64,000 nt of DNA from Caecitellus pseudoparvulus (lineage: Eukaryota; Protista; Bigyra: Bicosoecida): assembly GCA_965644315.1 (NCBI GenBank), contig CBFFRQ010000018.1:496001-560000 (forward strand). Reading direction: 5' to 3'. The notes beneath the pieces were generated by a model. It was not told where the DNA came from. It did no database searches and saw only the letters and a list, made by a program, of their open reading frames with translations. Positions 24,041 to 34,317 of the stretch are shown piece by piece. Positions within the stretch are counted from its first letter, which is position 1. The number at the start of each line of letters is the position of its first letter. The position numbers and the translations under genes are program-made.

Positions 24041-25720
24041 ATGGGAATGAAAGGGAAGAACTATGGCGGACGCAGTGTGCCAGCGACAGGTAAAGCTGAC
24101 CAAGCTCAGTCATCCATGGACACTGGTAAACTGGTGCAGGTCCTGCTTGGTTGCGTTGTAGGAGTGCTGGTGCTTTACGTGAGGAGGCAATTTCCGCGCC
24201 GGGTCGCCTCGGTTTGACAGCTTGCCGCCTTCCCTGTGACTGCAGGTTGGCGCCACCCTCTTCAAAGGAAACAGCTTGGTTCAGGTGGATCACGCAGATG
24301 CAGGCTCCATGAAGGAGCTGTTCTTTGGAGGCCAGCCACACGTGGTCCTCTGCCACTCCAACCGGGCGGATGAGCAAAGTGTGTGCCGCTGTCCCCGCGA
24401 GCCCGCTGCGCGCACCAGGCAAGTCCCTCCCCTCACGCAGGCATCATCGACCGCCTCGTGCAAGCCAGTGTCGTGCTGGAGTCGCAGGCAGGCGGGGGCG
24501 TGCTGGTGCGGGGCGTGAATTGCTCCGCGCCCATGTCCTCTGGCCGCTCCATTCTGCAGCGCTGGGCAGCAGAGCTGACGCGCGGCGGCCGCAAGCCTCG
24601 CATCCCCTCTCCCCTCGCCTTCACTGTCTCGAACGGAGAAGCCCCAAAGCTCATCCCACCCAAGCTCTTGAAGGGCACCTCGAAGCACGGCGAGGGAAGT
24701 GGAAGCAGCACTCTGCCCACAGATGTGAAGGCGCTCATCCAGCACGTGAGCTCTGCGACCAAGCCCAGGAGCGTGCAGCGCTTGAAGAAGCCTGATGCCC
24801 TGTCCCAGTGCATGGCCAACGCTCGCATCTGTGCCGTGCTCATGTACTCCCTGCCCTTGCCGCCCACAAGCACGAAGAACATCTTCACGAAGGGCTTAGA
24901 CGCTTCCCTGGCGCTGAAGTCCTTCCGAGGGGAGCGCCGAGATGTGCAGCTAGGCATCATGAACTCCACCAAGCACCGTGTTGCAGGGGCGCCCCCAGGC
25001 CTTCAGCAGCTGCTCCCGGCTGGCCTTGGGAAGCGAAGTGTGGCAGCGAGTGACGCTGTTGGCACGTTAGTGGTGCTGCGGTCGATGAGCACGCCAGCCT
25101 GCACAGGCAGCGATCCGCCTGGCAAGGGCGCCGGGCAGGGGCGACACTTGGCCACAGTGGTACCCTTTCAAGGAGAGTTGACGTCGGGGGTGCTGCGGAG
25201 TGCTCTGGCGCAGGCGGAGGACGACGCCAGCGTAGCCAGCAAAGCGTCGTGCACTGACCCAACCGCGGAGAGTCCTGCAGTGGGCTACCCCCCGGCCCTC
25301 ACGAAGGATCAGGGCCCTTTGATGGTCGAGGGCCTCATTGGAGCTGCGTCAGTCCGCGTGCGGCGACAGAGCCTGGTGTTGCAGCCGCAGCGAAGCAAGG
25401 CGCGTGCCCGTCGGAGGCGAAAGGAGCAGCAGGCACAGCAGGAGCGGGCAGGCACGACGCCGCCAACACAACCCACGCAAACACCAGCAGCACCAGTGGA
25501 TGCGACGGCATCGGCGCCCCAGCCGCAGGACAAGGACGCTGAAGAGGCAGCGAGGCGAGAGGCAGCTGTCCGTGCACGCATGGAAGCAGAGGCTGCCGAC
25601 TTCCTGCCCCAGGCCGTGGAGGAGGAAGAGCAAGCGGAAGGCATGGAGGCACTGGACGATGCAGATGCCGAGGAGTTGCTGTTCGAAGACGACGAGGAAG
25701 ACGAAGAAATCGAGTTGTAG
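24041..25720 (+). CDS. Uncharacterised single-pass membrane protein, possible redox-inactive thioredoxin-like folds, acidic C-terminus, 3 exons
   Basis: TM helix LVQVLLGCVVGVLVLY, then MKELFFGGQPHVVLC and GVNCSAPMSSG, then a long ORF ending in EDDEEDEEIEL. Splice sites are consistent. Confidence 0.5.
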
Positions 25721-25735
25721 CGCTCGACACTGCAT

Positions 25736-28700
25736 TCACTCGCTGGGGCGGGTGCCCGCCTGCTCTCCAGCTGCGCTCAGCGTGGACACGGTGGCGAAGG
25801 AAGCCTCCACATCCTGCCCCGCATCCTCGTCCAGCTCCTCCTCCTCCAGATCACTCAATTCATCGCTGAGCTGCGCGACACCACGCATGCGCCGAGTCGG
25901 CTGGGCTGCCCCGGAGCTGCTCTCCGCAGCCGGCCCTGGCGCAGCGGCCTCGCCCCCCACCTCTTCCACAATGTCCTCCTCGCCGCTGCCATCCCCGTCT
26001 TCGTGCAGCCCCCTGGATTGTGCCCGCCGACCCATTGGTTGCACGCTGTCCTCATCTGACGTGCCGCTGGAGGCAGCAGGCGAGCCTGAGCCACCCTCGG
26101 CTGGCTTGCTGCTTGCTGTGGAGGGTCGAGGACTTGCACGCAGCGCGCTGTACTCATCCGCACTGCTCTCTGAGGCGACTCGTGACGCACTGACAGGCTG
26201 GGACGCACCTGGCACCGCAGGTGCAGGCGCGGGCGCGGGCGCGGGCGCGGGGGAGTCTAGCCTCGCCCTCTCGCCCTCCAGTGGGTGCACGCACTCCAGG
26301 GGCAGGCCTGCGTCAAAGTCGCCGTCGTCATACTTGACGTCGATGGCCCAGCCGCCAGGCATGCTTGTATCCCGCGCGACTGCCCCGACCACACCTGCAT
26401 ACCAGTACTCTGCGGGGTCGCCATGAAACTGTGCTTCCACAGGCGCGCCCACAGCCAGCCATGCAGGCGGAGTTGCGACTTGCGCAGGGGGTGGCGCAGG
26501 GGCGGGTGCAGGGGCATCTCCAAAGGAGAACTCATCTCCATGCACGGGATGCTGTGATGCTTCCTCGGGCACTGTCCGAGGCACACTGCCCGAGGCCGCA
26601 GCCGCCGCGCCTGCGGAGCTGGCGATGGGTGGGTGGGTGAAGCTGTCTTCGTCCAAGTCTGAACGAGCCGACGTCCCGCCACCCGCAAAGGAGCCGTCCA
26701 CACTGGGCGGCACGGAGCCCAGAGAGTCCACTGTTGTGTCTGCGCCGATGCCGAAGGGATCGTGCCCGCCATCCAGGGCCGTGCGCCAGACGCTGTCTTG
26801 CCACACGCCACGCCACCAATGCACAACCAAGTCCACACCTCTCGCGTCAAGCAGCAAGCCTGCATCAGGAGAAGGCGTGAGTCCCGCTGCCGCCAAGCGG
26901 GCTCTGACGAGTTTCTCAGCTTCCACCTTTGCCTGCTGGCTGGAGGCGGCGTCTGGGAGGGCTGCCCGGGACACAAACCTTTCCCCTTCACGCCCTGCCC
27001 GGGCGTACTTGCACAGCCGCAAGGGTTTTGGCGCCTGGCTGAGGGAGGCCACCATGCTTTCAAAGTCGCTGGGTGACAACACGTCGGGCTCATCTCGCTG
27101 GCCAGAGAAGACGTCCCGCGCTTTTGCATGGGCCCATGCCCGCCACCACGGGTCCAGGCCGTTCAGGGCAGGGGCAGACTCGGTGGGGTGCGGCAAGCCA
27201 AAGGGGAGAGAGGCAGTGTGGGCGAGCTCGTCCACTGCATCCAGCAAGGCATGGGTCGTGATGTCCAGCTGACTCTGTATCTCCTCCTCTGTGTGTGCAA
27301 AGGCGGCGCCGAGAGGCGGCGCGATGCCCGGTGCCTGCGTCGAGAACGGTGGGTGGGGTGTGTGGACTCCGAGAGCCATCTCAGCGGCAGCCGCCGCTGC
27401 GGCACTCGTGCCCCCCCTTCCCCGTGCAAAACGCTGCACTGTGCCGTGCTCCAGCAGCGCATGCACGTCCTTCGGAGCCGCCCAGCCGGGGGGCACGACG
27501 CCGCTCGCGGCACACCACGCCAGGACGGCGGCCTGGTGTCCAGCGGCATTGCGCAAGGCAAGGCTGGATGCGTCAAGCATGTCATCCTCGATGTCGTCCA
27601 TGGCATCCAGCACCGCCTGCGGCAGCCCAGAGCCGGAGGGGGCTCCCCTGCCACGACCCTGCGACTCTTGGGGTTGTGACTTCGCCCTGGCCAGGGCCCG
27701 GGCGGCGCCTGCCATACCCCCCTCATGCAGGGCAGGGGCCAGGAGAACTACGGGACTCCATTCGAACGCCTTGACCTGCGCCAGCGTGGCGCTGCCGTTC
27801 ACATACAAGCTGGTGGCGGGGTCCACCACGCCTGCATCTGGAGGCATCGTCCAACTAGCTAGCCCACCAGGGTGGTCCAGCCCGGGTGGGGCGTCGGGTC
27901 CCTCCACGAGGCGGGGCCACATCCATGGGCCCAGCGGGCTGGTGCTGTGCGGGGCGTCTGGAATGCCGGCCTGGTTCCCACCCCGGCGACTCTCAGGCAC
28001 CCACATGCCCCACGCTTCCCCCCACACCCCGGCCGCGGCCCTCACATCCCCCACAACGGACACCATAGAGGAGCATGGGGTGGGGGCGGGTGGCTGACCC
28101 TCAGGCACGGCAGCCGCCTCCACTGGCACACCCCCAAGACCAGAGTCTTCCAGGGACAGCAGCGGCGGGACTGGGGCACTCAGCAAGCCGGGCCCTGCTG
28201 CCTGCCTCACAGACGCAGGGGCTCCAGGGCAAGCCATGTCCCACAGTGCCGGCGGCACATCCCCCAGCAGGCCACAGGCAGCCACAGCGTCCTTCAGGTC
28301 CCGCACCCGCCAGGACCGACTGGCACGCAGGGGCACCATGAGCGCTGCACTTGGCAGCAGATCGGGGGCTTGGGCGCCCTGACGCCTCGAACGGGACTGC
28401 CCGTCCCCAGTCCGCACGAGGCAGGTGCTGGCGTGCTCTGACCGGGGCCCCCGCCGGCCTCCCAGAGGCACGGCGACAGCCCACAGGCGATCGAAGACGG
28501 CGTGTTGGTGCAGCAAGGTGCCGGGCGGCAAGGCCACCTCCACCATGACGGTCCACTCGGCGGGGGCTCGCACCCGCACAGCGCCGCCCTCCACCTCCAC
28601 CTGCGTCTCGGCTGGCAACAGGGGTCCCCAAGCTTCGGCAGCCGCGTCCCCCACGTCACCTCGAAGCTGGCGCAGGGTCTGTTGGGCAGTCTGCTGCAAC

Positions 28701-28956
28701 TCTCGCATGGATATGATACGCTTGCGGGCAGCATCCAGGGCTGCACCCGCCGGCGTTCCGACGGGTGGCAGGGAGGAAGCAGGCGCCGCTTCGGCAGCAG
28801 CAGCCACTGCCGCCCACGGGTCAGCGTCTTCCACCCACTGCGCAGCGCGCTGCAGAGACACATAGCCCCAGCCGCCAGCCCACCTGTACGCCTCGTGGGC
28901 TGGCGGCAGTTCTTGCCAGTGCCCGGTGAGCACGAATGGCCCTCCAGGGCCGGCGG

Positions 28957-28987
<31 letters not shown>

Positions 28988-30434
28988 AGCTGGCGCTGGC
29001 GCTGGTGCTGGGGCAGGTGTGGGTGCCCTGATGAGCCCCCGCAGCTCGTCCAGCTGTGCCTGCAAAGCCAGCAGTCGGCTGTCATCCTGCTGTGGCAGCG
29101 GGTCAGTCTGCACCTCTGCAGGGGCTGTGAGCTCATCCCCAAGTATGGCACCTGCACCGGATCCCGGCTCATCGCGCGGCCACCGGCCCTTCAAGGCGGC
29201 GATTTCTGCCCTCGCAGCGGCCAGCTGAGCATTCAGCTCTTGCACAGTCTTGCGCAGGAGGTCCAGGGCGTCCGCGCTTGCCCTGTGCGCTGCCTCGAGC
29301 CGCTCGTCACGCTGGGACAGCAACAGGTCCTGTCGCTGCTGAGCCAAGTCCAGCGCTGCCATCTTCTCCGCCAGCTGCACGGTGAGAGCGTTAACCTGGC
29401 GCTGCAACTCAGCGTTGGCGGCCATGAGCTCTGCTATTCTGACCTGCCAGGCAGATGTGTCTGCGGCAGGCCCGGGAGACGTCACAGACAGCTGGGCATT
29501 TAGGGACGCTACCTGGCCTCGCAGGGCATCCAGCTGGGCACGGAGGTCCCGTATGGTCTCTCTCGCGGCTGCAAGCTCCGCATCATTGTCAGGGCGACTG
29601 TTGCGTGCTTGCTCGGCGGCTGCGAGCGCTGCGGCCAGCTGTGCACGAAGGTCTGCAAGCTGCGCCCGCAGGCTGTCAATCTCGTCCTGCCGCCGCATGG
29701 ACTGATTTCGGTAGGCCTCTGCATCAGCTTGAGCGCGCCTGAGCGCCTCCCGCAAGCGCTCCATGCCGTCCACGTCGGACGGCGGCGCCGGTGCCGGCGC
29801 TGGCTCTGGTGCTGGCGCCGCTGCTTGCAAGTGGGAGATCAAGCGCTCATACCCGGAAATGGTCACGCCCTGCTTTCTTGTCTCCTCTTTCAGTGCGGCA
29901 ATGCGGGCTTTCTCTTTTTCGATGTCACGCCTTGTTCTAGCAATGGCTTCCTTCGATGTCGCCAGCTGCCGGTCAAGCGCCTGCACATGCCTGACCTGCG
30001 TCCCTTGCACGTGCATCATGTACTCCACCGTCAACTGGCTGTACTGAAACAGGTGCACCAGCTGTGGATCAGGTATACCATCGGCATCCTCTGCTCTGAC
30101 CTGTATCGACACGCCAGCACATCGGTGCGGTGGCCATGTGCTTGCTAACGGTAGCGTTGCGTGCGAAACGCCACGACGGCCTGCTCACCTTGCCGAACAC
30201 GATGCTTCTGAGGTGCCCCTGCAGCGCCCCATGGTCGCTTTTCAATATAATGGCTCCCACATCAACTTGCGCCAAGGATCCCAGCGCAAGGCGTCCTTTT
30301 CGGGGCTGAAAACGGTACACTCGAGGAGTGGTCTGTGTCGCTGGCGCTGAGGCTTGCACTGTGAGGGATGCCCGGCCATCCTTCCCGTGCGCAGCCAAAC
30401 TTCGGCGCCCTGCGGACTCCAGCACGTGTGCCAT
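25736..30434 (-). CDS. DZIP1/Iguana-like N-terminal domain protein with coiled coil and C-terminal Tudor-like domain, 2 exons
   Basis: YRFQPRKGRLALGSLAQVDVGAIILKSDHGALQGHLRSIVFGK|VRAED...DPQLVHLFQYSQLTVEYMMHVQ matches Dzip-like_N. A long heptad region follows. Tudor-like segment VGAPVEAQF...YWYAGVV...DVKYDDGD. Confidence 0.8.
28956..29015 (-). repeat. Coding hexamer tandem repeats encoding (PA)n(PE)n
   Basis: CTGGCT repeated about five times, followed by CTGGCG/CTGGTG units, inside the DZIP1-like ORF (PAPAPAPAPAPEPEPEPEPEPA). Confidence 0.8.
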
Positions 30435-30593
30435 GTCGAACAAGGGGTGGTGCAGCCCCGCCCACTTCGCCAGGTAGCTCACCCGGCAACAGGGGCACGT
30501 TGTCCCAATTCGGTTGGTGACGATGAATTGACTGGCGGCAACGCTTGTGCGAGACGGCAAGCAAAGGAAGCCGATCTGGCATGAAAGAATAGG

Positions 30594-33500
30594 TCAGGTG
30601 CAAGCAGGCTCTTTGAACAGTTGTAGGGGTGCTGGGAGGTCGCCCGTTTCGTTCACAGTTGCCACAGCGCCGGTGACTCCTTGCAGCAGCCTTGCTGGCC
30701 CGCAGACAAAGACCCCTGCCTTGTCACTTCGCCTGAGGAGTGGTGTGAATGTGCTGATGAGGAAGCTCTCCAAGCCGGGCCTACCAAGCTGCACGGTGGT
30801 TAGGCCCGGGTTGAAGCCAAGGAGCTGTGAAACCCACCGACGCCCGAACGAAGCACTGGCTGCGAGCTCCGGTACACGCGTGAGGCACAGGGTGATGGAG
30901 AGGGGAAAGTCAGAGGGCAAGTCCCACAGCAAAGCGTTGATGCAGCCTTTGAGCCAGTGCACTTGGTCATGTGAGCGAGTGAGCCAAAGCAAGTGGACGT
31001 GCCGGGTCTTGGGTACGTGCGTATTCCGCCATCGGGTCTGGCTTCGAGGGTGCCTGCCAATGTAGTCCTGGATGACAGCAAGCATAGGCGTGACCCCGAA
31101 CCCCCCTCCGACCAGCAGCACGACATCGCAAGCTTCCCATGCGGCGACTGGGCTTGAGAATGGTCCTCGAGCGACGATTGCCGGGTGTGCACCTGGGCGC
31201 AGAACTCGCCCTCGGAAGGCCTTCGTCCACGACCCCACGGCACAGACCGTGAACACCAAGTCTCGACATGCTGGCGAACTCATTATCGTGAAGGGGTGGA
31301 ACTCCACGTGGCTGATGCTGGGAGCCCCAAGCGACATGTAAGACCCGGCCTTGAACTGCATGCCTGGCGGGCGCCGGATGCGTACCTGCACGGCATTGCC
31401 AGAGACCAAGGTGGCGGACAAAGGAGCTTCAGCACCCCAGTGCATGTCAACAAATCCAATGATCTTGTCTGTAGCCAGCAAGGCGGCAGGCACAGCTAGC
31501 CACCAGGGTGCAGCTGGGGCGCTAATCAGGGCCTGGCATCCATGCAGCAGCAACGCTGGCAGCAGAACAATGTACACGGCATGGGATGATTGGAACGCTC
31601 GTCGAAACTTGGTTTTCACGTTCTCTGCTGCAGGAAGCGTCATGCAGGTGACTAGAGCACACAGCAGCACCCCGGTCAAGCCGACCTGCGTGTTGAGCAG
31701 GTAGGAATGCAGCGAGACGATGTCTGGCCCCACCCACGAGCTGTGCGCACTTGGTCGCATGAGGGCAGCCAAACTTCCGCTTTGAAAAAAGTTCAGCAGG
31801 TGTGCGCCGGCATGCAGCATTGCAGCTACGGCGAACGTGATGCCAAGTGCGACATGGTGTGACTGTAAGCTGTCCATGGTCCTGCTCAGCAAGGGCAAGT
31901 GTATCAACCTGCTGCGGAGAAGCTGGTTGTGGCCGAGAAGCAGCAGGCTCAACGCTTGCAACATGGCGCGAGCGGTGACTGGTGGAACGAGGCGGAGCAC
32001 AATCGTCACCTTGGACAAGCGGGGGTCAACGTCAGAACATAACGACAGCGCGCGTGCAGCTCCAACGACCAAGAATGAAGCGGCGATGCAAAGAGAGTCA
32101 GCGCCCAGCCGGCATCGATAGCAAGCTGGCAGTCGAAGGTCAGCCGGCAGTCGAAGGCATGTTGTTCGTTGAGCTTGCCGCTGGGTCATCTTGTGCTGCC
32201 TTGCCACGGGCCGTGCCAGCCAGCCACCCAAAGTGCAGGCATGGGGCAGGAACGCGCGCCCAAGGGAAGCTTGTAAGTCATAGCCGCTCTTCTCAGTAAT
32301 TGCACGGAAGAAATCCTTGAACTCCGTGGAGTTCAAGCATGCTGTGGTGAGTCCACCGTCCATGCTGCCCAGCTCCGCGGGAGCATCTTTGCAGAACGTG
32401 CTCATGGTAGCGTTGACTACGTGGGCGATGTCAGCTGCTGCAACACCCAGTTTGAGCTGCGACGCAGCACCCGTGAAGGCCGCTGCGAGTTCGTGAGCGC
32501 TGATCCTGCCGTCCTGGTTCGAGTCAAGCACCATAAACATGAGCGCAGCTTTGAGCTCAGGCCTCACTGTGCGCTGGGTGGAGAAACGCAGCAGTGTACA
32601 CCACGCTGCTGGACCTAGACGGGGACAGCCTGTTTTTGCTTGCCACCTGAGGCATACATCAAGCGCCACTTTGTCTGAGGGGACAGGGCGATCAGAGCAG
32701 AAGTCCTCGACAAATGCCGCAAAGTCCTGCTGCTCCGGGTCTGCACGGAGGCGTGAAAGACCTTCTGCATAGATGGGTGTGAAGGTGCCGCTCTGTACCT
32801 GGAGCGCTGCCCATGCCTTCTGCAGCAACGGCGAGTGACCGGCGAGGCCCACGAGCAACGCATGCCCAGCGGCGGACACGGCACTTGATCCCAGTGTGCG
32901 AGCCAAAGACTTGAACGCGTTGATGCCTTCCTCAAGCTCCTCCACTGGCATGTTCGGAAAGAGCACCGGTAGCGTCCGCTTGGCTTGCTGGTGCAGTTGC
33001 AGCGTTGCTCGTTCGACGGCTGCAGCTGCCTGCCTGGCAGCGCTGCGCGAAGGGAATGGCATCTGCGCTGTGCGTCTCATCAGTTGGGCTGCGATGACAG
33101 ACAAGTCTTCGCCTTGCCACATGAACACGCCCCCATTTTCAACTTTCAGCGCAAGGACATCCGTTTCGGGCTGCCAGGCGACTCCCCCCACGTCACTCGG
33201 CCAAGGGCACACCAGGCGAAGATCGCATGTGTTGCTGCCCATCACCAGCAGAGCACCGTGGCAAAGAAAGATGTCCAGTTCCTCTTCTCCTTTCATGCTG
33301 AAGGAGGGTTTGCAGTGCCTAGCCACGGCAAGCACCTTCGCTTGCCGCAAGCCGGGCACTTGGGAACGGATTGCAGATGGTAACGCTGCCATGGCTGAGC
33401 CAGGCGCGCCGTGTGCCAAACGCGGGCACCCAGACTGCTTGTTCTTCCCGCAGGACTTGGTTATAGCTGCCTGTTCGCCCGCTGAAAGCCGGGTTTGCTG

Positions 33501-33731
33501 TGGAAGCAGAGACGGAATGTGCACTTCCACCCAGGTGGACACCCTCGAAAGCAAAGTCAGAGCAGGTCTTGCAATCAAGAACCCGAAACAAGCGATTAAT
33601 ATGCAGAGGAAGACTGGGCCATGCACGCTGAAGCTTTTGAGCTGTCCTGCGCAGGCGTCAGGAGCGTTGGCCTGTCCCGGCCAGGAGCCAGCCGCAGCCG
33701 TTGACAAGTGGCAAGCTCCATGTAGCAGCAT
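30594..33731 (-). CDS. EF-hand-containing NADPH oxidase (NOX5/RBOH/DUOX-like). Start uncertain (33392, 33731 or upstream)
   Basis: EF hand DSNQDGRISAHEL. Heme histidines in H-x13-H (HVALGITFAVAAMLH) and H-x12-H (HAVYIVLLPALLLH). FAD motif EFHPFT. NADPH motifs GPF, GGGFGVTP and VFVCGP. Confidence 0.9.
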   Translation of the reverse strand: MLLHGACHLSTAAAGSWPGQANAPDACAGQLKSFSVHGPVFLCILIACFGFLIARPALTLLSRVSTWVEVHIPSLLPQQTRLSAGEQAAITKSCGKNKQSGCPRLAHGAPGSAMAALPSAIRSQVPGLRQAKVLAVARHCKPSFSMKGEEELDIFLCHGALLVMGSNTCDLRLVCPWPSDVGGVAWQPETDVLALKVENGGVFMWQGEDLSVIAAQLMRRTAQMPFPSRSAARQAAAAVERATLQLHQQAKRTLPVLFPNMPVEELEEGINAFKSLARTLGSSAVSAAGHALLVGLAGHSPLLQKAWAALQVQSGTFTPIYAEGLSRLRADPEQQDFAAFVEDFCSDRPVPSDKVALDVCLRWQAKTGCPRLGPAAWCTLLRFSTQRTVRPELKAALMFMVLDSNQDGRISAHELAAAFTGAASQLKLGVAAADIAHVVNATMSTFCKDAPAELGSMDGGLTTACLNSTEFKDFFRAITEKSGYDLQASLGRAFLPHACTLGGWLARPVARQHKMTQRQAQRTTCLRLPADLRLPACYRCRLGADSLCIAASFLVVGAARALSLCSDVDPRLSKVTIVLRLVPPVTARAMLQALSLLLLGHNQLLRSRLIHLPLLSRTMDSLQSHHVALGITFAVAAMLHAGAHLLNFFQSGSLAALMRPSAHSSWVGPDIVSLHSYLLNTQVGLTGVLLCALVTCMTLPAAENVKTKFRRAFQSSHAVYIVLLPALLLHGCQALISAPAAPWWLAVPAALLATDKIIGFVDMHWGAEAPLSATLVSGNAVQVRIRRPPGMQFKAGSYMSLGAPSISHVEFHPFTIMSSPACRDLVFTVCAVGSWTKAFRGRVLRPGAHPAIVARGPFSSPVAAWEACDVVLLVGGGFGVTPMLAVIQDYIGRHPRSQTRWRNTHVPKTRHVHLLWLTRSHDQVHWLKGCINALLWDLPSDFPLSITLCLTRVPELAASASFGRRWVSQLLGFNPGLTTVQLGRPGLESFLISTFTPLLRRSDKAGVFVCGPARLLQGVTGAVATVNETGDLPAPLQLFKEPACT

Positions 33732-34317
33732 TGCAGCTGAGCTCGCCCGTCTCAGCCCCCCTTCAGACGAAGTAGTGTAGGGGCTAGTAGCTGCATTTAG
33801 CACTGTCTCCCGCGAAGCAGAATTGGTCTTGTCTGCAACACGGAAGCAGCCAAGCAGTCGCAGCGACGCGCTGGCACACGCAGCCAACAATGCTTCTCTT
33901 CACTTGCCCTGGGCATGGTTGGAACTCAAGGCCAACTGGGGGCGAGGAAGCAAGTACTCTTGGATGATTGAACGTGTGGAGCTGTGTTTTGTTCGACGTG
34001 ATGCAGCAACCCTGCAAGGCAGTTGGCAGCAGTGCTCGCTGCGGTATTTGACACTCAACAGCACGCTTGCACACGGCCCCACGTCGCGCCAGTCGTGCTC
34101 GCCCTGCAAATCGCATATGCAGACTACTAGCCAGACTGGGAGCACTACAAATTATACCAGTTCTCATCGGCCTGTGTGTCCCCTCTGCTCGGCACAGGCA
34201 CCAGACCAGCTATCCAGTAGGTGCCTGTATAGCTGCGCGGACTCTGTGCCCACGTTCTGTATGGGCAACGAAGGGGGTGAAGGCGAGCCGTCACTTGCAG
34301 CACCTGGCAGACTGGGA

